64,000 nucleotides of DNA from an uncultured Alphaproteobacteria bacterium (GTDB taxonomy: Bacteria > Pseudomonadota > Alphaproteobacteria > Rhizobiales > Xanthobacteraceae), in contig CAVYCI010000003.1 in the NCBI GenBank assembly GCA_963766925.1, positions 879 through 64,878 of the forward strand, given 5' to 3'. The stretch's first letter is position 1; every line of letters begins with the position of its first letter. A model generated the notes under the pieces. That model did not search any database, was not told where the DNA came from, and was given only the letters and a program-made list of their open reading frames with translations. The position numbers were made by a program, and so were the translations under genes. Positions 63,615-64,000 of this stretch are shown here, piece by piece.

Positions 63615-64000
63615 TATTCCGCACTTTCTGCGGCGATGGCGTTCTCGATGCGGCGGTCGGGAACCATCCAGACGACGGCGAGCGCGGTGTAAAACGCCAT
63701 CGCCAGCCAGGGAATAAAAAACGCCGCCACGATTCCGGCGAGGTAAAGAACCGGCGACACCTTGCCCTTGATATCCCTGCCGAGTGCCTTCGCGAGCACT
63801 GAATGCGCGCCCTGCCGGCGAATGATCGCCAGTTGCAGCAGATAATAGGCAATCGCCGGCATCATCAGCGCGATGCCGTACACCACGGTCGGCACCGGCG
63901 CGCCCAGATTGTCGCCCATCCATTCGGTGGCGACGGGAATGAGCGACAGCCAGAACAGCAGGCCAGAATTGGCCCAGAGGATGAGACCGTCCACCCGGGC
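63614..64000 (-). CDS. TMEM175/DUF1211-family membrane protein (putative K+ channel). The C-terminal part is in the window; the 5' end is outside it.
   Basis: The frame is open to the window edge. GLILWANSGLLFWLSLIPVATEWMG...VVYGIALMMPAIAYYLLQ...LYLAGIVAAFFIPWLAMAFY. Confidence 0.65.
   Translation of the reverse strand, partial: ARVDGLILWANSGLLFWLSLIPVATEWMGDNLGAPVPTVVYGIALMMPAIAYYLLQLAIIRRQGAHSVLAKALGRDIKGKVSPVLYLAGIVAAFFIPWLAMAFYTALAVVWMVPDRRIENAIAAESAE

Noticed and set aside
55876-63923. Long minus-strand ORFs 55876-58227 (783 aa), 58091-59962 (623 aa) and 61878-63923 (681 aa)
   Set aside because: They are antisense to the PQQ dehydrogenase, the MFS transporter, and the GNAT/homospermidine synthase genes respectively. 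All are Arg/Pro/Gly-rich noise, and the sense-strand genes carry unambiguous motifs.
1-64000. Programmed ribosomal frameshifting as an explanation for the split genes
   Set aside because: There are too many unrelated genes affected. No slippery heptamer or downstream pseudoknot pattern is shared, and the events sit in ordinary 2-3 nt homopolymers. Assembly indels or true decay are simpler explanations.
1-64000. Search for CRISPR arrays, IS elements/transposases, integrases, prophage genes and toxin-antitoxin pairs
   Set aside because: I found no regularly spaced direct repeats, no DDE, tyrosine or serine recombinase motifs, and no phage structural genes. The only tRNA has no adjacent integrase.

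Overview
High-GC alphaproteobacterial chromosome segment. Gene content and synteny (rluD next to rpoH, ODC-GNAT-homospermidine synthase, many Liv-type transporters, PEP-CTERM-like tails) look Bradyrhizobiaceae-like, but that is inference only. I can support about 60 protein genes and one tRNA-Glu(CUC). I recognised no rRNA, CRISPR array, transposase, integrase or phage genes.

Layout, left to right:
1. 1-4600: an AT-richer set of secreted and surface proteins. It holds the 3' end of an RTX/VCBS-type protein, a trypsin-like protease, a small Cys-rich secreted protein and two PEP-CTERM-like proteins.
2. 4600-12850: one long minus-strand operon, gntR - binding protein - two R2-like di-iron ferritin-fold paralogues - livHMGF - arylformamidase-like hydrolase.
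3. 12940-18030: a stand-alone ParB/Srx-like protein, a C-C hydrolase, an MBOAT plus DltD/SGNH-like O-acylation pair, and an unannotated 28-codon membrane micro-ORF.
4. 18430-21310: tRNA-Glu, rluD, rpoH.
5. 21325-26014: a SAM-cyclase-STAND-TPR giant protein and a POT peptide transporter.
6. 26122-37573: an N-heterocycle/ureide module. It contains an orphan CoxL-like Mo-hydroxylase subunit, an NCS2-like permease with a long structured leader, an isochorismatase-type hydrolase, AtzG/AtzE/AtzH/AtzF-like genes, and an inserted P450-TetR pair.
7. 37765-39809: trcR-like gene and a decayed binding-protein gene.
8. 39865-46404: an aromatic catabolic cluster with two HsaA-like oxygenases, a flavin reductase, YciI, an HIBDH-like reductase, an extradiol dioxygenase and LysR.
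9. 46428-54843: a second uncharacterised locus with a bicupin, an SDR, a CUT2-type ABC importer, an NTF2-like protein, a VOC protein, a DUF1857::NTF2 fusion and a FadR-type GntR.
10. 55004-64000: ClC channel, PQQ sugar dehydrogenase, MFS transporter, a long speF-type leader with the ODC-GNAT-homospermidine synthase operon, and a partial TMEM175-like channel.

Quality caveat: at least 12 otherwise well-conserved genes are broken by single-base frameshifts. Almost all are +1 insertions in short homopolymers, which looks more like assembly error than biology.

Best candidates for something undescribed: the di-iron pair embedded in the Liv operon, the AtzD-less Atz-like module, and the 46-55 kb locus rich in small ligand-binding folds.
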